From Marsupella aquatica (lineage: Eukaryota > Plantae > Marchantiophyta): a stretch of DNA of 64,000 nt. The stretch is taken from NCBI GenBank assembly GCA_973895155.1, contig OZ316891.1, positions 12,150,771 to 12,214,770 of the forward strand. Direction: 5' to 3'. Shown piece after piece: positions 52,211-64,000 of the stretch (positions are counted from its first letter, which is position 1; each line of letters begins with the position of its first letter). A program made the translations under genes and the position numbers. The notes under the pieces are model-generated. The model ran no database searches and was not told where the DNA came from. It saw nothing but the letters and a program-made list of their open reading frames with translations.

Positions 52211-55098
52211 ATGGAATCCCGAGACCGCATCATGGAGGAGGTGGATGAGAAGAGATTAAGCCGGAGACTAGAAGAATCGGGGCCGCAGGACCAACTTCCT
52301 GCGTTCAGTACTGTTGTGCAACGTTTCTCGCTCTTCTGTGCGTCACCGCTTTGTAACTCTCAGGTCTGAAGAGAACCTCAGGATCACAGTTTCTAGGCCA
52401 AACAGCTGACGCCAAAGATCTTCACACATGGCACCACGTTAGTCTTTTTGAACATGGAGAACTAGCCATTTACCGATTAATTCGATTAAAGATACGTTGC
52501 TGTGGAGAACACTTCCCCGGGTTCAAGGAAAACGTTTCGATGGTTATGTTGATAAGTGGTTTTATCGCAGATTGGGCACGGTGGGTCTTTGTATTGCAAC
52601 TGCGAAGGATGCTGTCGATGGCAGGCATTCGTTGAAGGAAGAACCCAAGATTGCAAGGAGGTGCAGTATGAAGTTTTCACCTTCGAGCATGTGAAGGGAT
52701 TGGCGCGGTACTTGCTGTGAGTTTGACCAGACGACATTTCTTTCTATTTTTTGTGAATGTCGAAACAAGAATTATCTCTGAAGATGTCTTACAGAAAACC
52801 CAAATGCTTGTGTAAGCTTGTCACAAGCTGCCGGTTGAATTTGGATTCCAGCTGAAGCCAGACTCCTTTGTTCTAGGTAGTCAGGTAATGTGGGCGATAG
52901 CAATGGTCGGTGGTCAAGTCAGTCGAAAGGGAAGTCTTGAGGAAGGCGGGATCGTTTCTTTCTCCAAAGTTTATTTTATTTTATTTTATTTTGAATCCTC
53001 ATGGTTCAAATCAGTTTGTTTTGTTGAGTCTGGTTTTCTCGTGTCTCTACGTCAACCCTTGCAAAATTCCTGTCGATGGAATGTCTAAACCATTCTACTA
53101 TGCGCAATTCTCATGCCTCTATTCTTTGCTTGTCATGTGGCAGAATGCGAGCCGCAAGATACAAGCTTCCGCTGATGAATGTGCTGGAGGTAATGGTTAC
53201 CATGACCATCACGGCATCTTCAGCTAGTTTAAAAGCGTGGTTGAGAAGTACTCATGGGAACTCAATTAAGGACTTGAACCTATAAGAATTGTTGTTGGCT
53301 GTAGGGCCGATGCCTACCGTATTGTGCTTTCAGGAAACTATTCAACGGACATAGTATGAATTCAATGGATAGGAATTTACAGACTTTGCTTTCTGACTCA
53401 TGGTTTGTATGATTTGCGGACTGTAGGTTGGGGCTGGTAGTGGACGATTGTGTCACCACCTTAACTGTTTCCTGTCCCAACCTTCTCTCTCATCTCAGGT
53501 TCTCTTCTCATCATGTCGTTGCTTAAGACATGAATTTGGGTGACACTCGTTTTTTGTAGATATTATTTGCATGTAGTTCCTACCAACTGCTGCAACCATA
53601 TTTGTTGGTGTGACGTTAATTGATAAGCCTGCTATTTCTAAATGGTTTTATGACCAGGGCTGTGTTGTGCAATTGACAGCAGTGGATAGTGACGAAAGAG
53701 GCCTCAATGGCCCGAACGTAGTAAAGCAAGATGCGATCAAGGCCATTTCTGAAGCCTTGCCTCATGTGGTACTTGTTTCTTGGATGGTAACCTCTATCTC
53801 TCGAACTAAACACCGCAACATTTCTTGTCGCAGATCAGAAGAGCGTCATGCTTATGTTGTTGTGGCACATCAAGTTTCTTGTGGTCATGCACCCAAGCTG
53901 GTTTCCCATCCATATCGTGCTTTTTCAATCCCAGGATCGTATTAACCATAAGTCAGTTCTGCTTCGCAATTCCCAACTGCCCTGTAGCTTATTTTCCTCT
54001 GCTGGTCGATAGCATGATGTTCAATGTAGTTACATGCCCAGAAAGCCAGTCACAAAAGATTTATATCTGTTACTACTAAGTGTCAATGATGTAAGTGTGC
54101 TTTTAACTTACAAGAAGTTGGTGTTGTTGGCAGCCTTTTGGAGTAGACTGGACAGCCCACATGCGTGCCACGCCCTCGGTGCTTGAGTACATTCTTATTG
54201 GAGAAATTGTAAGTTGTTATGGACAACTCTACTAAGCATGAAGTACTGCAATGTTAAGGGGCACTGTTAATTGCATTTAGGTACTTTTTTCACTTAGGCA
54301 GTGCTGTTCGAGAACGAAACGTTTGCCTTTAGGTCACTAACAGCGCCATTGTAGTGTCCTTTAATTCTGATAGTCATCTGTACCTTTTTTTCAGTCTCAG
54401 TCCCGTGCCCCGTTCGAGTCCTACCGACTTGAACTTCATTTATTAACTCAGGATGCATCACTGTATTTATGCAGGATGATGGTATATGTGGAGATCCTTG
54501 GTTGACATGGGGCTACACTGGGGCCGACAGTTCAAGTGAGTGCAGTTCTGAAGGTCCTACCAGTCTTCGTATATCTGATGACCCTATGCAAACAAAATGT
54601 TTCTCGCACAATGGACCTGGGAGACCAGTCAACATCGTGCAAATGGGCACTTCGGTCCAATCCTGTAGCCCAAAAGGGAGCCCTTCTGTGCAGTCGTGTC
54701 CCCTAAGTGGCATAGGATTTGAAGACGAAGTTGAGGACATGTTCGTGGGAACTACTCAAAATCACAAGAGACTCAAACTTGGTTCTAAATCTCGGGAACC
54801 GAGCTCCATCTGGGAGGACCTCGGTGCTGCAATGCCAACACGAATTTCAGCCGTGTCTCCAACTAGGATTGATGATATTCACGAGTGTACAGGTTTGGAG
54901 ATATTCTCAGAAACAGAAAGTAAAGTTGGGTCAGATATGCCACCGTATGCAGCAGATGGGTGGGTTAGAACAGAATTGACATCTCTTAGCTCACTTCAAA
55001 TCTGTAGAACTGATGAACGATGGTCAACTCTTCAGCACTCCCATACTGTGTCTTTCAGGCGGTGCATTCCCTGTCTTTTTAAAAGCAGTCAGTTGTGA
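52211..55098 (+). CDS. Hypothetical Ser/Asp/Glu-rich protein; candidate exons 52211-52363 and 54475-55098 (possible extra intron ~54960-55058)
   Basis: MESRDRIMEEVDEERLSRRLEES...NSQ ends at a phase-0 CAG|GT that is compatible with the GCAG|GATGAT acceptor of the 209-aa ORF. No domain was recognised. Confidence 0.45.
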
Positions 55099-57523
55099 CG
55101 ATGAGGACTGTAATTGATGCTAAGAGTTTTGGGGGCAGACCAGTTACAGACTATCCTGCCCGTGACGGAGAAGTCTTGGAGCTTTGATAATATCTAAAGT
55201 CAGAACATATCTATTCCTTGTAAAAGCGTTACTTGCGGGTGGCCAGCGGGTTAAATGACTATCCTGGACACTAGCATTTGAACTTCTGTCATGCTAGTCG
55301 TCTTGCATGGTGGTTCCACATGTGATGGTGAAGGAGAGTTCGTTCGCCTATTACTGAATAGGAATCGCGAAGTCATTTCGTAGTGGAAATGACATCACGT
55401 TAATGCTTCGATCCTATAAACCCTTTTGAAAGCACATGATCAGTCAAAGTCAGGGTCGTCTAGGAGCCTTCGTGAACGAGACACTGACATTAACAAATGT
55501 GTCTTTGAAGCGAGGGAGGTTTTTGATTCATGTTATAGTAAAATTCCTCTTTGCAGAAGGTTGTTTTCGATGGAAAGGACATCTAATGCAGCTGAATTTG
55601 GCTCCAAGCTTTAATTCAGGATTGAATCAAAATTTCACTCCTGTTTTGTTCAGTCTTTTTGTTGCAGGTTCTGCAGGTCTAGATCTCTTCTTATCATTTG
55701 ACAATAGCCTGAAGTGTTCAAAGTTGCGAGTCTTTGTATAGTCTCGGAGTGGTACGCCAATCTCTGAAGATGGTCTTCACGGAGAGATATTGTACAAACT
55801 TCCACAGAAACTCTTCGTGTTCCTGTCGTACAGATGTGAGATGAGATCTCCTTGGGACTTCAATACAGAAAATCCCATTTTGTACTTGACAGGACCTCGT
55901 AGGCAAGTCAGACAGAAGTACACTGTAAGCAATACAAACATATGACATACCTGCAGCTTCCTATTGTGTTTCGTGCGAGAAATCGCGTATTCTTATATGC
56001 TAAACAAGAAACGAGCTCTTCAAATCTGTTCCCAGTCGCAAACCAGACATCCATTGCTACAATAGGACCTGCACCGGATTAGATCAAGCATGTGCCTCGA
56101 AAAGAAAAAGAATATATCACAAGGTGTCCCTAGAAATTTCTCCGTTCATGAAGTGGTGCAATTAGAGACATCTATGGTAATTATTAATTGGAAAAGTCCT
56201 GATGAGTGATCTAAACTTCAGTGTCAACGCGGTAACAGATAATTACTCGCGCTTCATGAGTTCTTTTAAACGGTAACGGGTGAAATGAAATCGGCCGAAT
56301 GTTCTCGCAGCCAAAATTACGTCGACCGAGTAATGACAACGAATATAACCGAACAATGCTGATCTGATTCGTACGCAAATCCCACAAGTATATTCTTTCG
56401 AGCCCACTGCTAGCTAGCTTACTAGATTAGTAATTCCTCGTTTCCGCAGCACATCGGAGGTTATCGTGTGGAGGCAATATTTGTCTCTACTGGACCGCAA
56501 GCAGGTGTCCACTCTGATTGGAGACAAAGCCTTAATCCTGCTTTCCAGGATTTTCAAGTAAGTTATTCCACCGCTCCGGGCTCTCATCACGCTTTGTCAG
56601 CTTCTCATTGCCACGCGAGAAAGTACGGTACTCCTGTAAAAGCTTACGTGTTTCAGAAACTTCAACGTCAGTCAATAAATGCGGTGATGCATTTGTAAAG
56701 CACACAAAATATGTACATGGTCGTGAAAAGTACAAGAGGTGGATGACGACCAAGTCTCATAATCGCTCGCAGGTGTCCGCATCTCATCAGTCTGTTGAAT
56801 TGTTTACTGCGGAACTAGCAGATTGGCTTTGCAGTTTCGCTTTGCTGGCTCTGTCGATCTGGCTCGATCTGGCTTACCTAATCAGCATGCCGTAGGTTCG
56901 AACGTCTAGACCGTCCTGGCTGGACCCCGTTGACTGGAGGGGCAGCTGACGTGCCTCTGCGCAAGGTCCCGGAAACAGAGAGGCGAATGACTTAATTGAA
57001 TTGACATAACCTAATCAGTAAGTACATTACAGTAGAGCAGGACGATACAGCGTACTCACTCAAGCAAGATACGAAATCGTCACTGCGAAACGAATACATT
57101 CAGGAATCTCTTAGACACTCACTTGTATCTTCGATATGGAAGGTTTACATTCATAGCTTACAGTATAATATTTGCTGAACCGTTCGCGCGAAGGCATTAT
57201 GCTATTTCTGCGGTCCCCAAAAGGCGCTGAGATGCATTCTGCAAACTGGGTGACACTAAGTGTTGTCCTTCGCAACTGTAGCTGTTGAAGGGGTCCAAAA
57301 AAGTGGAGCTGAGATGGAATCATTTGGGCCTAGCTAATGTCGGACTCGACAGTTAATGGCTTGATAGTATGATTCTCCAGGGATACGTACATACTGAATG
57401 GTGGAGAACCAGAGGAGGAACGAGGAACGGTTGTAAAACTGGGCGGAGGTCGTAGAGGTGCGATGTGTGGTGGCGTGGCATTGCATTTGGATTCGGTTCG
57501 GTCTGGGATTGGATCTTGTGGGC

Positions 57524-57530
57524 TATAAAT
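57524..57530 (+). promoter_or_regulatory. Candidate TATA box for the C2/GRAM gene
   Basis: CTATAAAT lies ~1.28 kb upstream of the ATG and is followed by leader-like sequence with possible donor sites. Confidence 0.3.
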
Positions 57531-58807
57531 ACACAAAAACAGTAGAAGTAAGTGTTAGACGGTAAGAGCAGCCTACTCTAGGAGAGTTGCCTTAGAGAGT
57601 TGACTACTAGGAGACGACGTGTCGTGTTGTAGCAAATCGGAGGTAGAGATTATCGCGGAAGTGGCGCGTGGCTACAGAAGATTTTTGTTTGCCTGGAAAT
57701 GAACTCCTTAACTTAGCTGAAAGAATTCGCCGTGGCCTTTGGTTTGAGGTGGAGGAAAAAGCAGCAGCCCATCTTGACTGTACTCGTGCGGCTGGGATCG
57801 GCGACCGGGGAGGCGACATGTAATGAACATTTAACTTATGCTCCGCGCAGGGTATAAGACTTTCCAGCGCGGACATGGCGTTGGTTCAAGGCGGGAACTC
57901 GGGAAGGGAATAATGGAGCAAGTGGATGAGGAGGAGTCAAGTGGTGACGTAAAGGCATTGGGAACTTTTGAGATGTAAATTGTTGCCTGAATTGGTCAGG
58001 CTGGAGGAACAGGACGAACTGATTTGAGTTCTGCAGAGGTGGGTGGCGTTCTGGTTACGGTAGATTATTGGATAGCGGTGGCGGACTCGGGACTATATCA
58101 CTGTGATTGTGAAAAAGGCGTTACAGCAACGAAGGACCTCGCGACGGGTACCTGCGTACTAAATGGGGACCCGCATGTAGCGTAGTTTAGTTGCCGAGGT
58201 CACTCGTTAAGAGGGGCATGATGAATGAACAAGAGGGCAAGCAAAGGTTGATTGATTGATTGATACTTGCGAGCGCGAGAGAGAGACAGAGACAGAGAAA
58301 GGGAGAAATATATGTCCGGTTTGACCTTTGGAACTGAAGGTGGCACTCAGTCAATGGACTCCCTTCGTGCTGAAACGGCAAGATTAAAAGTGCTTCATTT
58401 CGGAGCCTGTCTCTTTTGAGGAAGGAAGCCATTGTAAATCTAGAGCCTGTGGTTTCATAATTCATTGAACTTCGGATCCGATACGCCAGGTCGGAAGGTA
58501 ACAGGTCAGACGAAGGCAGCAGAGTTGCAGAAGAAACTCAACTCTCTGATTGGACGGACGCTCGGGTCTGTAAGGATGATTTGATTGGGAGATGGATTGG
58601 ATTGGATTCCGAAAGGGAATCATTCATATGCAAAATTGAAAGCAGAGGAAGGAAGTGGTATTCAGGTGCTCGAATAACCATCAGTTGGGATCCATGCGAG
58701 GCACAGAGAACTTATTCACATGCTGAAAGGAACGTCAGCAGCAGTTTTTCGAAAACTGAGGTAGGGTGAAAGAGTAGGCTCCGGTGGGAGTCTACCAAAT
58801 TGTTAAA

Positions 58808-61800
58808 ATGAAGCTATACGTTCAGGTCGTGGAGGCCAGGAACCTTTGTTCACGTGACCCGAACGGTTTTAGTGATCCCTTCGTGAGGCTGTCTCTGGGG
58901 AACACGAAGGCTAGAACATTGGTTGTGCACAAGAATCTGAATCCCGCTTGGAATGAGGACTTTTTCTTCAACGTTACTGATCTAGACGACGAGCTCAAAG
59001 TGACTGTTTGGGATGAGGACCGCTTCACCGATGATTTTCTTGGACAAACCAAAATTGCAGTGGCCGATGTCCTCAATTCCGACAAGAAATCGATTTCACG
59101 CACTTGGTTCAGCCTTCAGAAGCGAAGTGACAAATCAAAAACGAACATAACAGGTATGGACAGACGGACATCCTCTCTGACCCACCGGACGCATGGAACG
59201 GAGTTTATGTCTGCAATTAATAAGTACATGACTGGTTTCCTTAAGGTCAAGCCGATCATGGCGGCACACTTTGGGGGGGTATTAGACCTCCCATCATCTT
59301 GCTTCCATTGGCGTACTTCAACTGGGTGGTTTGTTGAAATGGATGGGGCGTACGAGGGAGAGAATCAAATTGAAGTCGATTGGCCATGGGCACCAATAAA
59401 TACCCGTATTAACTCCAACCTTAGCATGATCAGAGTTAACAGTAGCAAGTGGACCAATGGACAGCTTGGACGTAAACCATTCTGATCAAGAAACTCAGGA
59501 CTAAGTGTAACTGCCTTTACGAGCCTCAAATAGAGAAAAACAGTAAATAATTTGTTTAACTTTTCTTTCTAGTGAACATGCACATGCTGCACGAATGGGT
59601 TCGCTACCTGTTTTGGCACCGAAGCCGTCCTCCTATGCATGTTCTGTTATTGTTTTGGCAGCTCTGATGCTTTGGAGAACTGTGACTGGGGGTCAACATC
59701 GTTCTCTTCAGCTGAATTGTAAGCCGGAAGTTAGGAATTATGACCAGGAGACACCTTTGATTGTGACATGAGCAAGAAAGAATGGCTGGTCCATAGGATT
59801 TGTGTGGGGGATTACACTTTCTCCTGCCATGGGATCGTTGTGGTGCGTGGTGGTGCGTGGTGGTGGTGCTTTGCATGATTCATTATATGCCTCCCCCAAA
59901 GCGTATTGACTTAAGAACTGATTCAGAAAACATTGCTTTTGGTCTACTCTTCATGTTTTCGGACTGCCGTGACCTATGCAATTCTTCAAATTTCTGTCCC
60001 GTGGGATATGAATTATCAGTTTTGTGACCTACTACAGGATGCAATTATAGAGGATTGCCCCAACAATCATAATCATGAGAGATGTTGACCGCCCACTACG
60101 TCAAGAAACAATTTTAAAGCGAGTGAGCAAATGTGTCCAGCTTCTTGAATTCGTACACTTTAGTTTCTGATCAAATATATGGTCGGGCGTTGCAGGAGAG
60201 ATACTGCTGGATATTTCGTTGTTCGGGCGCACGTTTAGTTCAGAAGACGAGATACTGCCGCAGGCTAAGGTGAACGCTTCAAAAGTAGCTCCTTCTCCTT
60301 CTTCTCGTGACAGTGTAGATGACCAAGAAGATCGAATTCTTTTGAGCACAGACTCTGGGGGGCTGTCAGAGGACGCCTCTGATCAGGCATCATCGGAAAT
60401 AGAATGCGAACAATCCTTGCGCAGTTCGGAGCCGTCAGTACGAGGGACCGTACTAAACGAAGATGCTCCTTTAGTGAAGGAGTTCATAGAAGTGGAGAAG
60501 AAGAAAACGGCTCATGGACATGCCCTTGCGGATAAACTTTCCTCTATTTTTCACAAAAAGGGAAAGAAGAGCATGAGGGGGCCTAACTATTCGCCTTCTG
60601 AGTCTTCTGTAGCTTCTGACTACTCGACAGATACAGGAATTGTCTTTGCTAATGAGGGCAGCGTCACGACAGAGCCCGGTCTTATTGGCACAGATTTAAG
60701 TGAGAGCTGTGGTGAGGATGATGAGGAAGTGGTGCCTCTTTCCTTTTTCCAGGATGACGAAAAGTCGGTGGGCCTATCGCCAGAGGATCTTCCCACCCCT
60801 CTGTCCGGAGGGGTGCTGGTAGACCAAACGTTTGCTGTTAGTATGAAAGCTCTGAATGCTGCATTATTCGCTCCGGAGACACCCTTCACGCAAGAGCTTG
60901 CTGAGGTCCAGAAAACCTCAGAGCTTCAGCTGGGGCCCTGGAAGAAAATTGGAAATGAGCCCATGACGAGATGTATTACCTACAGGAAAGCACCCACCAG
61001 GTTGTTGAAATCAGTGGTGGCAAGTGAGGTCCAGACGTATTTAAGAGCTGATGATAAAGGATTTGCTATCCTTTGCCAAGTGAGCACCCCTGATGTCCCA
61101 TACGGCAAGAATTTCCTGACTGAGCTGCTCTTCGTAATCACTCCAGGTCCTGCTTTGCCAACAGGAGAATGTACTTCTCAGCTCCAGATTTCATGGAGAA
61201 TAAATTTCTTGCAGAATACGATGATGAGAGGTATGATAGTTAGTGGAGCCGGCCAGGGCCTCAAAGAAAGTTATGTTGAGCATCAGCAGGTACTTGCTAG
61301 ATATGTAAAGCCTCTGTCTAGTGTAGGAGGACTTAGCCAGGAGAATGCGACAGAAGAGGTGTCCATAGGGAGGCCGAAGACGGATTGGGAACTTGCCCGA
61401 GAGTACTTTGGCAACTACACAGTGCTTCTGACTGTGCTCGGAGGCTTTTTTATGCTGTTACATATCGTTTTGGTGAAGACAAAATGTAAAGGAGGTCTTC
61501 AGCTCGGATTTGTCGATCTTCCAGACTCTTTTGGAGAGCTGCTCATAGTTGCTCTTCTGACTCGCCAAGTCGAGCGTGTAGGGAAAATGGTGCAGAAGTT
61601 TTTCATGGCTAGGTTGAAAGGTGCGATCCTCGGCCCTCAAACACCAACCTCTGAATTGATAACCAACTCAAAATTAAAGATAGAACAAACAGACTTTAGA
61701 CCTGAATTCAATAAGAAGGTCGTGGGACGGTCGAACTATTATCGACTCGCTGTGTCTTGCTTTGGAACGGCTGTCAAGATTGCCAGTTTAGAGTTGGCTG

Positions 61801-64000
61801 CGTCTTTATGGTTGACGAATTTTACGCTGCCATGTGTTGTCTCAGTTGGTGATCATGGTGTAAAGGCCCAAGGGGCTGGGTGGTTGCTTACTGTCACTCT
61901 AGTGGACGCCCAAGACCTGTATTCCATTGACTCAGATGGTTCTTGTGACCCTTACGTGGTCTTCACATGCAATGGAAAGATTCGGACTAGTTCGGTTATA
62001 CTTGGCTCCGTTAACCCTCAGTGGAAAGGTATGTCTATCTCATCTGAGGCTGTTTGTCTATTCGAACGTACAAGCCGATATTGGAAGTTTTCCCTCCAGT
62101 GCAAGTTTGCAAAGAGTTTCAAGAACTGCGCTTATTTGAAACTTAACAGAAGGATGAGTGTAGAGGCATTGACAATGTGGATTGCGTTTACGGTAATTCC
62201 CTTAGTTCAATCATATTTTTTCATCGTAAAGTGAGTTAATTGAAATGATTTCAAAGTCGGTGCATGTGGGAGTTTGGAGCCGCTCATAATGGAAACGGTT
62301 CTGCTTTGGTAGAGGTATATGAGTTCGATGCAACGGAAGATCCCCCATCAACTTTAGATATTGAGGTTTTCGACTACGATGGCCCTTTCGCTGAAGCAGA
62401 ATCACTTGGACATACAGCAATTAACTTTCTGAAATCCAAATCGAGTGACTATGCTGATGTATGGCTTCCTCTGAATGGAAAGCATGCCCAAGCTCATGGA
62501 GCAAGGCTTCACTTGCGAGTGCTCTTGACAAACACAAAGGATGGGGATGTGCGACCCGAATACATCAACAAAGTGGAGAAAGAAGCCGGCACAAAGGTAT
62601 TTCATCAAGCATTTCTTGTTTTGGACTCTATCTGTATGGTCGAAAGAATTGAATTGCTTCAATAATTGGGAGCGTATATTACCGGGTACGTGTACCTTGA
62701 CAACGCTGGTTTCTCAAATTTTGGAGACAAGGTAAGCAAAGCGCAGGTGCGTTTTCTGATTAGAAACTGTAGGGATTGGAAGGGCAGACTGCTTACTGGA
62801 AATCTGAATGCCTGACTCTTAAATCTGTGGTTAGATTGTCGTTAGATTGTCCTGACTGTTAAATGTGTGGTTAGATTGTCAGACGTTCACCACAAAGAAA
62901 TAAGGAGTTCCAGAAGCTGTTTTCCCTTCCTCAAGAGGAGTTTCTCATAAATGACTATGCATGTGCTATTAAGCGCAAAATTCCGATTCAGGTGAGTGAT
63001 GTTACTTTCTCTCCAATCCCCTCATCCACGTGGTTTATTTTGCTCTGGTTTCCAAGATGACATTTTAATTCTTCCTACTTCTATATTGTAGTATGAGTCT
63101 GTCGTCCCTTCTGTGCCAGCACCGAATTCACGTTCTTCTTGTGTTTAGCTGTGCTCAAATTTATGTTGGTAGTTAGTTGAAATGAATAAGGACACATGGT
63201 GCATTCTCTATGGATCTACGATCTCGACATCAGACAATGGTTGTGGATCACCGTCTAAGGGCAAGGAGACTTGTGATCACAGTTGTTGTTGAATCTCTTT
63301 ATTGGTTTGGAGCTGCACTACCACTACACCTCTTGATATTTGTAGAAACAACTGAAGCGGGCAAGGACTATGTGTTGCCCCTCTAAACTGGGTTCTTCCT
63401 AACTTGGTTCAGGTCTTTACTTGTTTGATCCTGTACTGTACTGCAACTAAAGTCAGCGTATAGTGTGGTAGGTTATATCGAGAGATGTAGCCATGTCTTT
63501 ATTGCTGTAAGGAGGGTCCTAAGGACTTTGTTGTTGGACAATATTTTGTTGCAGGGTCGTCTGTTTCTTTCACCGCGAATGCTGGGGTTTTACTCGAATC
63601 TGTTTGGACATAAAACGAAGTTTAGCTTTTTGTGGGAAGACATAGAAGAAATTAAAGAATCAGCTCCTAGTAGGGGTGCTCTGTTCAACCCGTCCATTAC
63701 TATCACATTACGCAAGGGTCGAGCTCAGGATTGTCGCCAGGGCTCCAAGGGAATTGATCACCACGGTCGACTGAGGTTCCAGTTTCTCTCTTTTGTCAGG
63801 CCTGGGCCAGCATTCAGGTGCGATCATTTGTGATTCGTTTGAGAGCTCCCACTTCTTCATCTTATCAAACTGCCCGAGTTTCTGTTGTCATTGATGAGTT
63901 TCTCCGTCAATGACTGATAATAATCCTTTTGTCCAATAATTGTGCAGAACTATCATTGCCTTGTGGAAAAACCGAACTTTAAGTGTTGAGCAAACAATGG
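58808..64000 (+). CDS. C2 and GRAM domain protein (C2-VASt-TM-C2-GRAM, At1g03370-like), 3'-truncated by the window; exons 58808-59153, 60196-61620, 61846-62028, 62313-62596, 62875-62991, 63555-63817, 63948->64000
   Basis: C2: MKLYVQVVEARNL...SDPFVRL...NPAWNEDF. VASt: LSGGVLVDQTF...STPDVPYG. Second C2: GDHGVKAQGAGWLLTVTL...DPYVVFTCNGK. GRAM: FQKLFSLPQEEFLINDYACA...GRLFLSPRMLGFYSNLFG. Splice phases are compatible. Confidence 0.93.

Overview
Eukaryotic, intron-rich nuclear DNA from a land plant. Centriole and flagellar genes sit next to plant-type genes and Ty1/copia elements, so a flagellate-sperm lineage such as a liverwort, moss, lycophyte or fern is inferred. From left to right the window holds: the first exon of a group II NDK (NME5/RSP23-like) gene (-), tRNA-Val(CAC) (-), a small ankyrin-repeat gene (+) convergent with a ~10 kb multi-C2 gene recognised as a C2CD3 orthologue (-), a repeat-rich spacer (hAT/MITE remnants and an orphan 244-bp copy of a retroelement 3' UTR plus PPT), an orphan acidic-repeat gene (+), an integrase-less Tork/Tnt1-like copia with three LTRs (-), a Bianca-type copia with 106-bp LTRs (+), a Dpy-30-motif gene with a tandemly duplicated 56-nt exon (+), a TLC-domain gene (+), a hypothetical gene (+) and a C2/VASt/GRAM gene running off the right edge (+). 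The most notable observations are the plant C2CD3, the CA-AT-TG double-LTR junction, candidate mutually exclusive exons in the Dpy-30 motif, an intron-like 111-nt insert in the Bianca RT, and a local cluster of cilium genes. Exon boundaries were read by eye and homologies come from remembered sequences; no searches were run.
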